54,604 nt of DNA from an uncultured Dechloromonas sp. Its GTDB lineage: Bacteria; Pseudomonadota; Gammaproteobacteria; Burkholderiales; Rhodocyclaceae. Both the position numbers and the translations under genes were made by a program. Of this stretch, positions 1 through 12,687 are shown one piece after another (position 1 is the first letter of the stretch; the number at the start of each line of letters is the position of its first letter). The notes below the pieces were generated by a model. It was not told where the DNA came from and ran no database searches. It saw nothing but the letters and a program-made list of their open reading frames with translations. Location: the NCBI GenBank assembly GCA_964525545.1, contig CAZGHR010000002.1:1-54604 (forward strand). Direction: 5' to 3'.

Positions 1-3399
<3,399 letters not shown>

Positions 3400-3467
3400 T
3401 TTAGCGGCAGAATCCCTGTGATGGTGTTGGTGCCATGCCTTTGGGGTGCTTCAGAAATGGCAGAACG

Positions 3468-3476
3468 TGCTACAAT
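3468..3476 (+). promoter_or_regulatory. Putative extended -10 sigma70 element (TGcTACAAT) for tRNA-Ser
   Basis: TGCTACAAT followed by a GC-rich discriminator (TCGCGCGTC), ending 9 bp before the mature tRNA 5' end. Confidence 0.5.
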
Positions 3477-3485
3477 TCGCGCGTC

Positions 3486-3573
<88 letters not shown>

Positions 3574-3584
3574 AATTATTGCAC

Positions 3585-3609
3585 AACCCGCTGATTCAGC
3601 GGGTTTTTT
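3585..3609 (+). terminator. Rho-independent terminator after tRNA-Ser
   Basis: AACCCGCTG-ATT-CAGCGGGTT hairpin running into a T tract. Confidence 0.85.
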
Positions 3610-3663
3610 ATTGCCTTTGTGTTTCTCGGTTATAGTCCAAGCATAGCTTGAGAGGCATACCTA

Positions 3664-4869
3664 ATGCAGCTGTTCAAATCCCTCACTCATTTACCACGTA
3701 CTGTTTGGCTGATTGGTTTAATCAGTCTGGTTAATGACAGTGCGAGTGAGATGTTGTACCCGCTGATTCCCCTGTATCTCTCGGCCGTTCTGATGGCGGG
3801 GCCCAAGGCTTTAGGTTTAATTGAAGGCGTTGCAGAAGCAACAGCCAGTTTGCTGAAGCTATTTTCCGGTGTGTTGATGGATCGTACCCGCCGGGCTAAA
3901 CCTTGGATTGTGGTCGGCTATGGTCTCGTCGGGCTGGGTCGGCCGTTGATTGCGTTTGTAAGCAGCTGGCCTTGGTTGATGCTGATCCGCTTTACGGACC
4001 GAATTGGCAAAGGCTTGCGTACTTCGCCGCGAGACGCGCTGTTGGCGGCAGCTGTTGGTCCTCACCGACGGGGATTGGCTTTCGGGCTGCACCGGGCGAT
4101 GGACAATGCGGGCGCAGTTGTCGGCCCTTTGATCGCCTGGTTTTTGCTGGCATCTGATGTACCCTTGAAGGAAATTTTTCTCTGGTCGGCGGTGCCGGCG
4201 GCCGCATGTGTGCTTTTAGCGATGTTTCTCAAAGATGTACCCGGAGAGCGCTTTGAAGCCCTGCCACGTTTTAATTGGCGGGATCACAAGATCAGTAGTT
4301 CGATGAAGCGCTATTTGATCGTTGTGGGGGTCTTTTCGCTGGGTAACGCTTCCAATATGTTTTTATTATTGAGAGCGGGGGATTTGGGGGTGGCTCAGCA
4401 GGATATTCCGCTATTGTGGGCAGCAGTTTCTGTGATTCCAACGTTATTTTCGACACCGCTCGCCGCCTGGTCTGATCGTATTGGACGGTTACGGCTTTTG
4501 TTTGGCGGGTATGCGGCTTACGGCGTTGTCTACCTGATTCTGGCTAACCTGGCGCATGGCAGCCTATGGTTGTTTGCGCTTTATGCACTCTATGGATTGT
4601 TTCTCGCTGCAACAGAGGGTGTGGAAAAAGCAATGGTTGCCGATTTGGCAGAGGAATCACACCAAGGAACGGCATTTGGTTGGTTTAATATGATCACTGG
4701 CTTATGCCTTTTGCCAGCATCAATCATATTTGGTTGGCTATACCAAGATTATTCCGCAGAGTCTGCGTTTGTCTTTTCGGGAATATGTGCGTTAAGTTCC
4801 GCAGTACTCATGCTGTTCTGGTGGAAAACCTTTAACGCAAGCCTGATGCCACGCCGATTGCCGTTTTAA
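3664..4869 (+). CDS. MFS transporter, substrate unknown
   Basis: About 12 hydrophobic segments; MFS loop motifs GVLMDRTRRAK and WSDRIGR; DRIGKGLRTSPRDAL. Confidence 0.88.
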   Translation: MQLFKSLTHLPRTVWLIGLISLVNDSASEMLYPLIPLYLSAVLMAGPKALGLIEGVAEATASLLKLFSGVLMDRTRRAKPWIVVGYGLVGLGRPLIAFVSSWPWLMLIRFTDRIGKGLRTSPRDALLAAAVGPHRRGLAFGLHRAMDNAGAVVGPLIAWFLLASDVPLKEIFLWSAVPAAACVLLAMFLKDVPGERFEALPRFNWRDHKISSSMKRYLIVVGVFSLGNASNMFLLLRAGDLGVAQQDIPLLWAAVSVIPTLFSTPLAAWSDRIGRLRLLFGGYAAYGVVYLILANLAHGSLWLFALYALYGLFLAATEGVEKAMVADLAEESHQGTAFGWFNMITGLCLLPASIIFGWLYQDYSAESAFVFSGICALSSAVLMLFWWKTFNASLMPRRLPF

Positions 4870-5536
4870 CCCATTGGCTGGCAAGGATCTGAAACTTCTC
4901 TGGCGAATCCACTTCCCGGCGGAACTGATCGCTGGAAACCAGGTAGACCCCTTCACCCAGTAATTTCCCAGAAACGCTATCGAGCAGTTTGGCTTCTACC
5001 ATCAGTTGGGGTTGGCTACCATCAATGTTGGCGCCTTTACCCGCGGCTCTGAGTACTGTGCCGATAGGTACCAGACGTTTAGGTCGGAAAGTGCCGCCAT
5101 CGACGATAACCCCTGTAATGGCCGTGCTTAGCCTGGCAACACGCTGCCCGGGTTTGTAACTGATACCAAATTGTTTGCGGACTAACTGGCGCATGGAAAT
5201 ATCCATGGCGTTGCGAATGCGATAAATAGTTTCTTCAGTGATCCCATTTTTGCCCAGGTCCTTGTCGGCAGCCTGATACAACACGATTGGGTCGACCATG
5301 ACAGCGCGGAAATCGGTACGTTTGAACTCGGGGTTCAGATAGCGGTAGATTTTTACCCCAGGTTGCGTGGAAACGAGTTTTAGCCGGTCGTAATCTGCGG
5401 CATCAATGAATTCGTTGGGGTCTTGCTTTGGCGCGCTTGCACAGGCGACGATTAAACAGCCGATGACACCGAGACAAAGGCGGGTGTAGAGGCGTTTAAA
5501 GGCAGAGGATGAGGCGGAAACTGATAGTCGAGTCAC
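4832..5536 (-). CDS. DUF3313-like lipoprotein
   Basis: Lipobox IVAC after a hydrophobic stretch; VMVDPI, RLSTAITG and EAKLLDSVSGKLL resemble the DUF3313 family. Confidence 0.7.
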   Translation of the reverse strand: MTRLSVSASSSAFKRLYTRLCLGVIGCLIVACASAPKQDPNEFIDAADYDRLKLVSTQPGVKIYRYLNPEFKRTDFRAVMVDPIVLYQAADKDLGKNGITEETIYRIRNAMDISMRQLVRKQFGISYKPGQRVARLSTAITGVIVDGGTFRPKRLVPIGTVLRAAGKGANIDGSQPQLMVEAKLLDSVSGKLLGEGVYLVSSDQFRREVDSPEKFQILASQWVKTAIGVASGLR

Positions 5537-5610
5537 GTGTTAGACCGGATCGGCAAGATCACGGTGTCAATGAGATAATGTAGCTATTATAAATGGTTGA
5601 GTAACAATAC

Positions 5611-6624
5611 ATGTCTCGTCACTTTCTGGTCACCGGTGCCGCAGGTTTTATCGGTATGCATACGGCCATGCGCCTCCTTGAACGAGGCGATACCGTTGTG
5701 GGCTTGGATAATCTGAACGATTACTACGATCCGGCCCTCAAACTGGGCCGTCTGGAAGTGCTGGCCAAGTATCCGGGCTTCCGTTTTATCAAGGGCGATC
5801 TGGTTGATCGTGAATTGATGTCCGGTTTATTTGCCACGGAGCAGTTTGATGGCGTTGTTCATCTGGCTGCTCAGGCTGGCGTGCGTTATTCCGTGACTAA
5901 TCCCCACACCTATGCCGACTGTAACCTGACGGGCTTTTTGAATGTGCTGGAAGGCTGTAGACAGAATAAGGTAGGGCATCTGGTGTATGCCTCTAGTTCC
6001 AGCGTGTACGGCGGCAACGAAAAAATGCCGTTCTCCGAGGCAGATAGTGTGGATCACCCGGTGAGCCTTTACGCCGCCACCAAGCGCGCCAATGAACTCA
6101 TGGCCCATAGCTACAGCCATCTGTATAACCTGCCGGTCACCGGGCTACGCTTCTTTACGGTGTATGGCCCCTGGGGCCGCCCGGATCAATCATTGTTTCT
6201 GTTTGTCAGCGCCATGCTGAAGAACGAGCCGATCAAGGTGTTCAACGAAGGCAAGATGCGCCGAGACTTTACCTATATCGACGATATCGTAGAAGGCGTA
6301 ATCCGTGTGCTTGATAAGCCGGCAACGCCGGATGCCGGTTTTGATGCGCAGCATCCGTTGCCGCATACGGGTCGTGCGCCTTATCGTATCTTCAATATTG
6401 GTAATAGTGATCCGGTACCGCTGATGGATTTTATTGAGGCGATTGAAGCCTCGTTGGCGATGACTGCCCAGAAAAACTATCTACCCTTGCAGGCGGGAGA
6501 TGTAACCGAAACCTTTGCCGATACCAGTGCGCTCGATGCCTGGGTAGGTTTCAAGCCTGCGATGACTGTGCCTGAAGGCGTGGGGCGGTTTGTTGATTGG
6601 TACCGCGCTTATTACAAGGTTTAA
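5611..6624 (+). CDS. NAD-dependent epimerase, UDP-glucuronate 4-epimerase type
   Basis: TGAAGFIG Rossmann motif, HLAAQAGVRYS, YAATK (YxxxK), RFFTVYGPWGRPD, RDFTYIDD. Confidence 0.93.
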   Translation: MSRHFLVTGAAGFIGMHTAMRLLERGDTVVGLDNLNDYYDPALKLGRLEVLAKYPGFRFIKGDLVDRELMSGLFATEQFDGVVHLAAQAGVRYSVTNPHTYADCNLTGFLNVLEGCRQNKVGHLVYASSSSVYGGNEKMPFSEADSVDHPVSLYAATKRANELMAHSYSHLYNLPVTGLRFFTVYGPWGRPDQSLFLFVSAMLKNEPIKVFNEGKMRRDFTYIDDIVEGVIRVLDKPATPDAGFDAQHPLPHTGRAPYRIFNIGNSDPVPLMDFIEAIEASLAMTAQKNYLPLQAGDVTETFADTSALDAWVGFKPAMTVPEGVGRFVDWYRAYYKV

Positions 6625-6681
6625 TCAGCATATTGTCATCAATTTGAGATCTGCCTGAGCCAGACTAAGCATTTATCCAGA

Positions 6682-7893
6682 ATGGAAAGCATCATGAATC
6701 AGCCCCTTCCCGCATTGCTTTGTTTGAATGCAGGCTCTTCCAGTGTGAAGTTTTCTCTGTATCGGGCGGGGGGTAATGATCCGGAAATTCTGTTGGGTGG
6801 CCAGATCGAGGGCCTGCTGACACAGCCACACTTCAAGGCAACCGATGCTCAGGGCAATACGCTGAATGAACGCCATTGGGATCAACCGCAACGCCGGTCT
6901 GAAGCGGTTGAAATTATTCTGGAGTTTGTGAAATCAGCAGCCAAAGGTTATAAGCTCGCGGCCGTGGGGCACCGGGTCGTACTGGGCGGTACGGAGTTCC
7001 CGCATTCGGTGGTGGTTAACGATGCCGTTCTGGAGGTGTTGGACCATTACGCGCCCATCGTGCCGAGCCACCAACCTGCCGAGATTGAGTCGATCCGTTT
7101 GTTGCGTGCCAGCCACCCTGATCTGACACAGGTGGCGTGCTTTGATTCTGCTTTTCACCGCACCAAGTCTGAAGTTGCCGATCTCTATGCGCTGCCATTA
7201 AGTTACCGCGATAAAGGTATTCGTCGTTGGGGTTTTCATGGCCTATCGTATGACTACATTAGCTCGCAGTTGCCGAAGCTGTCGCCGCGGCTGGCTGCGG
7301 GCAAAACCGTCGTGATGCATCTGGGTAGCGGTGCCAGCCTCTGTGGTTTGTCTGCTGGCAAAAGCGTATATACGTCGATGGGCTTTTCGCCGCTCGATGG
7401 TTTGATGATGGGCACGCGTTGTGGCTCACTCGATCCGATGATTCCGATTTATCTGATGGATCAGTACAAGATGACGCCGGCTGCGATTGAAAAGTTACTC
7501 ATCAAGGAATCTGGCTTGTTGGGTGTGTCGGGCATCTCGAATGACATGCGTGATCTGGAAGCGAGTACGGACAAGCATGCTCAGCTGGCGATCGATCTCT
7601 TTATCTATATGTTGGCGCAGCAAACGGGTACTGCTATGGCATCGATTCAAGGGCTAGATGGCATCGTCTTTACGGCAGGGATTGGTGAGCGCTCACCATT
7701 AATTCGCGCCAAAGCCTGCGCAGCACTTGGTTGGGCTGGCGTAGTCATAGATCCTGCGCTGAATGAAATCAAGAGCGATGCAGCGCGGCGTATTTCTAGC
7801 GAGCAGAGTCAGATTGAAGTTTGGGTCATTCCAACGGATGAAGAATCGGTGATTGCTCGAGATACCTGGAAGTTATGCGCGGCACTTGGTTAA
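6682..7893 (+). CDS. ackA: Acetate/propionate kinase (alternative start 6697)
   Basis: NAGSSSVK, GHRVV, FDSAFH, RRWGFHGLSY, HLGSGAS, GLMMGTRCG, FTAGIGE, IPTDEE. Confidence 0.93.
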   Translation: MESIMNQPLPALLCLNAGSSSVKFSLYRAGGNDPEILLGGQIEGLLTQPHFKATDAQGNTLNERHWDQPQRRSEAVEIILEFVKSAAKGYKLAAVGHRVVLGGTEFPHSVVVNDAVLEVLDHYAPIVPSHQPAEIESIRLLRASHPDLTQVACFDSAFHRTKSEVADLYALPLSYRDKGIRRWGFHGLSYDYISSQLPKLSPRLAAGKTVVMHLGSGASLCGLSAGKSVYTSMGFSPLDGLMMGTRCGSLDPMIPIYLMDQYKMTPAAIEKLLIKESGLLGVSGISNDMRDLEASTDKHAQLAIDLFIYMLAQQTGTAMASIQGLDGIVFTAGIGERSPLIRAKACAALGWAGVVIDPALNEIKSDAARRISSEQSQIEVWVIPTDEESVIARDTWKLCAALG

Positions 7894-7907
7894 AGAGGCA
7901 CCATCCA

Positions 7908-9377
7908 TTGAATAAGTATTTGTGGCAGATTGGCTGCGGGAGTGCTGTCGCCATTGCGTTAACTGCTTGTGCGCCTATGCCGGCGCTCGGACCGGTGCCG
8001 GATGCCAAGTCACCTGATACATTTAAAAGTTCTTCGACACTTCAGGCGCCGGAAGCCAGTTGGCCGGCCGATCGCTGGTGGGAAAAGTATGGCGATGCAC
8101 AGCTTAATCAACTGATTGAAGAAGGTCTGGCGGGATCACCCGATTTGAAAGCGGCGCAGGCACGCCTACGACGTTCGGAAGCTCAGTCGCAGTCTGTGGG
8201 ATCAATTCTGTATCCGCAACTCTCGGCCAATGGCACCGTGTTCGGTCAGGAGGCCAGTACCAATTACATTGTGCCGGCGCCCTATACACCGCAGGGCTGG
8301 TATTCGTATGGTCAAGCCACGCTTAATTTCAGTTGGGAAATTGACTTCTGGGGTAAAAATCGTGCGGCTCTGGCTGCAGCCGTGTCCGAAAGCCAGGCCC
8401 GCAGCGCCGATGTGGCACAGGCTAAGCTGATACTCACGACATCCATTGCCCGTAGCTATGCAGACCTGGCGAGACTCATGGCGGATAGGGCGACCGCTGA
8501 AAAAGCGCTGGATATTCGTACTAAGACCTGGGCGCTGTTTGCCGAGCGGCAGAAGCAGGGTCTGGAAAACATGGGCGCAGTCAGTCAAGCCGAAGGCAAA
8601 AAGAATCTGGCTGAAAACGACCTGGTGCAGATTGATGTACGCATTGCCGAAACACGCAATCGTCTGGCTGCATTGGTGGGTGCAGGTCCTGACCGGGGCG
8701 CTCAGATCAAGCCGCCCAACAACCTGATCAAAGCAAACTATGCGCTGCCACCGGACATTGGCATTAACCTTGTCGGGCGTCGTCCGGATATTGTGGCGAG
8801 CAGGTGGCAGGCAGAAGCTAGCCAGAGTCGTATCGAGCAACGTAAAGCAGCGTTTTATCCGAACGTGAATATTCTTGCCTTTGTGGGGGCGCAATCGCTG
8901 GGCATTAACAAGCTGGTTGAGTCTGGCTCGTACATGAGCAATGCAGGCCCGGCTATTTACCTGCCGCTGTTTCTGGGCGGCAAGTTGCGGGCAGATCTCA
9001 AGGTAGCACGGGCTGACTATGACGAGAGCGTGGCCAATTACGAGAAGACGCTCATTCAAGCGTTGAATGAAGTCGCCGATGTGGCGGCAGGCCTGAAGCA
9101 ACTGCAAAAGCAGGTGCGCCTGGCAGATCAGAGTGTTGCAGCGCAGACCCAGGGTTTAACTGTGGCGGCGAACCGTTATAAGGGTGGGTTGGCGAATTAT
9201 CTGGATGTGCTGGTGGCTGAGGATGAGTTGCTCACCAGCTGGCGTGTGCAGACAGATGTGCGTACGCGCGCCTTTATTCTGGACGTAGCGCTAACCAAGG
9301 CGTTGGGTGGTGGTTACCAGGTAGATCCGGCCGCTGTGCGTCAGCAAGATAAAACGAGCGAGGAGTTTCCCCAATGA
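7908..9377 (+). CDS. Efflux outer-membrane factor lipoprotein (NodT/TolC family)
   Basis: Lipobox LTAC, WW..YGD..LN.LI, SWEIDFWGK, RRPDI, ALGGG. TTG start at 7908 after AGAGG is preferred over the ORF-track start at 7875. Confidence 0.9.
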   Translation: MNKYLWQIGCGSAVAIALTACAPMPALGPVPDAKSPDTFKSSSTLQAPEASWPADRWWEKYGDAQLNQLIEEGLAGSPDLKAAQARLRRSEAQSQSVGSILYPQLSANGTVFGQEASTNYIVPAPYTPQGWYSYGQATLNFSWEIDFWGKNRAALAAAVSESQARSADVAQAKLILTTSIARSYADLARLMADRATAEKALDIRTKTWALFAERQKQGLENMGAVSQAEGKKNLAENDLVQIDVRIAETRNRLAALVGAGPDRGAQIKPPNNLIKANYALPPDIGINLVGRRPDIVASRWQAEASQSRIEQRKAAFYPNVNILAFVGAQSLGINKLVESGSYMSNAGPAIYLPLFLGGKLRADLKVARADYDESVANYEKTLIQALNEVADVAAGLKQLQKQVRLADQSVAAQTQGLTVAANRYKGGLANYLDVLVAEDELLTSWRVQTDVRTRAFILDVALTKALGGGYQVDPAAVRQQDKTSEEFPQ

Positions 9378-10228
9378 GTCGTAAGCAACAGATCGTTAAC
9401 AAGCTGGCTGAGCGTAAAAAAGCCTTCTCCATCCTTGGTGGCGTGGTCGCATTGTGTACGGTTGCATTTGGCCTGTACTGGGGTTTGTATGGCTCGCGTT
9501 ACGTAAGTACCGATAACGCCTATACCGCAACAGAAATCGCCCAGGTAACGCCAGAGGTAGATGGCACCATTTCGGCGGTTCGCGTGGTCGATACCAACAG
9601 CGTTAAGGCCGGTGACGTCCTTGCTGAAATTGATCCGCGTGATATGCAGGTCGCTTACGATAAAGCCAAAGCGAATTATGATCGCGCCAAAATTGATTTT
9701 GATCGTCGTAAGGCGCTGGCTGGCTCAGGTTCAGTGTCAGCCGATGAACTGACGCGTTCTGAAAACGATCTGGCATTGACGAGTGCCAATTTTCGCGAGG
9801 CTGCACTCAATCTTGAGCGCACCACCATCAAATCACCGATCGACGGGGTGGTGGCCAAGCGCCAGGTGCAGTTAGGTCAGCGCGTCCGGGCTGGCACTCC
9901 ACTCATGGTAATCGTGCCATTGCACAAGCTGCATGTAGATGCCAATTTCAAGGAAAGCGAGCTGGAGAAGATCCAGGTGGGTCAGCCGGTTCGTTTGACA
10001 TCGGATCTCTATGGCAGTCGTGTGGTCTATCACGGGGTTGTGGATGGATTCTCCGGTGGTACGGGGGCAGCCTTCGCGACGATTCCTGCACAGAACGCTA
10101 CCGGTAACTGGATCAAAGTGGTGCAGCGTGTGCCGGTACGCATCAGCCTGAAGCCGGAAGAGCTGGCCGAGAACCCGCTGAGTGTGGGTGTGTCTATGCG
10201 CGTCCGCGTGGATACTCGGGCGGACTGA
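9374..10228 (+). CDS. emrA: EmrA/EmrK-family membrane fusion protein
   Basis: N-terminal TM, STDNAY, lipoyl half-motifs, ANFKES, PAQNATGNWIKVVQRVPVRI. Confidence 0.88.
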   Translation: MSRKQQIVNKLAERKKAFSILGGVVALCTVAFGLYWGLYGSRYVSTDNAYTATEIAQVTPEVDGTISAVRVVDTNSVKAGDVLAEIDPRDMQVAYDKAKANYDRAKIDFDRRKALAGSGSVSADELTRSENDLALTSANFREAALNLERTTIKSPIDGVVAKRQVQLGQRVRAGTPLMVIVPLHKLHVDANFKESELEKIQVGQPVRLTSDLYGSRVVYHGVVDGFSGGTGAAFATIPAQNATGNWIKVVQRVPVRISLKPEELAENPLSVGVSMRVRVDTRAD

Positions 10229-11760
10229 TGTCCCTGGCCGAGAAGTCGCTGCAGCCACTCGCTGGCTGGCAGTTGTGGGCAGCGGCGATGTTCCTGTCCA
10301 TGGCGAACCTGATCGCCATTCTGGATATGACCATTGCCAATGTCTCTGTGCTCACCATTGCGGGTGGTCTGGCAGTGACACCCACCCAGGGAACCTGGGT
10401 GATCACCTCTTATGCCGTGGCCGAAGCAATTACCGTACCGCTAACGGGTTGGTTTACCCAGCGTTATGGATCGGTACGCGTTTTTGTCATTGCTATGGCG
10501 GCTTTCGGCTTGTGTTCGGCATTAGCTGGCATGTCAACTTCGCTGGGTTTCCTGGTCTTTGCACGGGTGCTGCAGGGCATGGCGGGCGGGCCGTTGATGC
10601 CCTTGTCGCAAACACTGCTGCTGCGTATTTTCCCGAAAGAGAAGGCCGGTGCCGCAACCGGTATCTGGGCTATGACCACGCTGGTTGGCCCAGTGCTCGG
10701 CCCAATTCTCGGTGGCTGGATCTGTGACAACTACACCTGGCCCTGGATCTTTCTGATCAATCTACCGATTGCCGCCGCGTGTGCCTGGATCTGCTGGAAG
10801 ATTCTGCGACCCTATGAAACCCGCATTGTGCGTAATCCGATTGATGTGGTGGGTTTTGCGCTCCTCATTGTCTGGGTTGGTGCACTGCAGATCATGCTAG
10901 ATGAAGGAAAGAATCTGGATTGGTTCTCATCCAACATCATCATTGCGCTCGCCGTAACAGCGGTGGTTGGATTTGCCGCCTTCATGATCTGGGAACTCAC
11001 TGCAGAACACCCGATTGTCGATCTGCGGGTATTCCGGCACCGGGGTTTCAGCGCCGCCGTACTCACCATCTCGCTCACCTTTGCCGGTTTCTTTGCGGCC
11101 AACGTGCTAACGCCTCTCTGGTTGCAGAGCTTTATGGCCTATACGGCGACAGATGCCGGTATGACCACGGCCTGGATCGGCATCATGGCGTTTCTGACGG
11201 CGCCGGCGGTTGCCGGTATGTCTATGAAAATGGATCCGCGCAAACTGGTATTTGTCGGTGTGCTCTGGTTGGGCATCATGACGCTGTATCGAACCGTGGC
11301 CACCACCGAGATGACCTACTGGGATGTGGCCTGGCCTTTGATGTTGCTGGGTCTGGGCATGCCTTTTTTCTTTATTCCATCGACCGCTGCGGCGCTGGCC
11401 AGCGTGGATGAGGCCGAAACTAATTCAGCGGCAGGACTGATGAACTTTATGCGGACTTTAGCCGGAGCCATCGCTACGTCGATGGTGACATCCTACTGGG
11501 AAGATGAAATCACACGTAATCGCGCTGAACTCGTGGGTGTCATTGATCCGGCTCAGATGACTTATGCCCAACTCATCGATCAGGGCATGACCACTGCACA
11601 GGCAATGGCAGTCCTGGAGCGTATGGTGACAGAACAGAGTGTGATGCTAGCAACCAACGAACTGATGCTTGTGGTGTCGCTCATACTGATTGGGTCAGCC
11701 TTTGTAATATGGCTGGTGCCTAAGCCTACGCGGACGATTGATCCATCGACTTCGCATTAG
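10228..11760 (+). CDS. emrB: DHA2-family MFS efflux permease (EmrB)
   Basis: LDMTIANVS, WVITSYAVAEAI, GPVLGPILGGWI, WPWIFLINLP, GKNLDWF; about 14 TM segments; TGATG coupling to emrA. Confidence 0.92.
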   Translation: MSLAEKSLQPLAGWQLWAAAMFLSMANLIAILDMTIANVSVLTIAGGLAVTPTQGTWVITSYAVAEAITVPLTGWFTQRYGSVRVFVIAMAAFGLCSALAGMSTSLGFLVFARVLQGMAGGPLMPLSQTLLLRIFPKEKAGAATGIWAMTTLVGPVLGPILGGWICDNYTWPWIFLINLPIAAACAWICWKILRPYETRIVRNPIDVVGFALLIVWVGALQIMLDEGKNLDWFSSNIIIALAVTAVVGFAAFMIWELTAEHPIVDLRVFRHRGFSAAVLTISLTFAGFFAANVLTPLWLQSFMAYTATDAGMTTAWIGIMAFLTAPAVAGMSMKMDPRKLVFVGVLWLGIMTLYRTVATTEMTYWDVAWPLMLLGLGMPFFFIPSTAAALASVDEAETNSAAGLMNFMRTLAGAIATSMVTSYWEDEITRNRAELVGVIDPAQMTYAQLIDQGMTTAQAMAVLERMVTEQSVMLATNELMLVVSLILIGSAFVIWLVPKPTRTIDPSTSH

Positions 11761-11761
11761 A

Positions 11762-12679
11762 TTAAAACTCTGTTTCAGGAGTCATGGTCACGGACACCTC
11801 TAATGAGTGTTCACCACCACCGACAACAACACCTCTGAGTGGAATGACATCCGCGTAGTCTCTTCCTATCGCTAAGGTGACAAATTCATCAGTTATGGCT
11901 TTGCCGTTAGTTGGATCTAGACCTAGCCAACCATGGCCAGGACACCACGCCTCCACCCAGGCATGTGTGGCGTCTGCGCCAATCAGCCGTGGCTTCCCAG
12001 GTGCTGGGTGCGTGAGGATATATCCACTGACATAGCGTGCCGGAATACCAATACTGCGTAAAGCGGCAATCATCAGTTGCGCAAAATCCTGGCACACACC
12101 ACGTTTGTTTTTAAAGACTTCAGGCAGAGGTGTGCCGACAGTCGTTGCTGTAGCGTCAAAGACAAACTCATTTTGCATCGCTTGTGTCATGAACAGTAAT
12201 TGCTCATGCAATGGTTTACCTTCGCCTAAGTGTTTCAAAGCCCACGCTTTTGACTCAGGTAATGAAGGAATCATGGGCGAATCGACTAGATAAGATGCGC
12301 AAGCCAGTGCGAATTCGGTTCCCCGGATGTCGGCGGGCTCGAAACTGCGTCGTGCCAGGCTTTTGCCATGCCAGAGGGGGCTGCTTGCTGGCCACGCTGG
12401 GCTATCAACAGTCACATCTATTCGCGACTGAACATTGAGTAATCGATGTGGCAATGTAATGGCAAAGTCACGATAGCGATTGCCAAAAAAATCAACGCCC
12501 TGGGTTGATTCTGCCAAAGGCTGGTTGATGGTAATTGTGGCGTTGTGGACGGACTGGTGATTAAGGTTGCTCGGTAGCAGATGTGCACGATGGCGTGCAT
12601 TCGTTACTGAATAGGCGTAGCAGTACTCGGTCTCATGAACAACACGATATCGTTTGCGGGAGTTTAAGTTATTAGCCAT
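11762..12679 (-). CDS. Transglutaminase-like protein (bacterial N-terminal domain plus core)
   Basis: YRVVHETEY N-domain; catalytic Cys-His-Asp in GVCQDFA, HAWVE and LDPTN; GRDYADV. Confidence 0.92.
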   Translation of the reverse strand: MANNLNSRKRYRVVHETEYCYAYSVTNARHRAHLLPSNLNHQSVHNATITINQPLAESTQGVDFFGNRYRDFAITLPHRLLNVQSRIDVTVDSPAWPASSPLWHGKSLARRSFEPADIRGTEFALACASYLVDSPMIPSLPESKAWALKHLGEGKPLHEQLLFMTQAMQNEFVFDATATTVGTPLPEVFKNKRGVCQDFAQLMIAALRSIGIPARYVSGYILTHPAPGKPRLIGADATHAWVEAWCPGHGWLGLDPTNGKAITDEFVTLAIGRDYADVIPLRGVVVGGGEHSLEVSVTMTPETEF

Positions 12680-12687
12680 GAATGACT

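Noticed and set aside
8202..9107. 301-aa minus-strand ORF opposite the OMF gene
   Set aside because: Antisense shadow with no recognisable domain.
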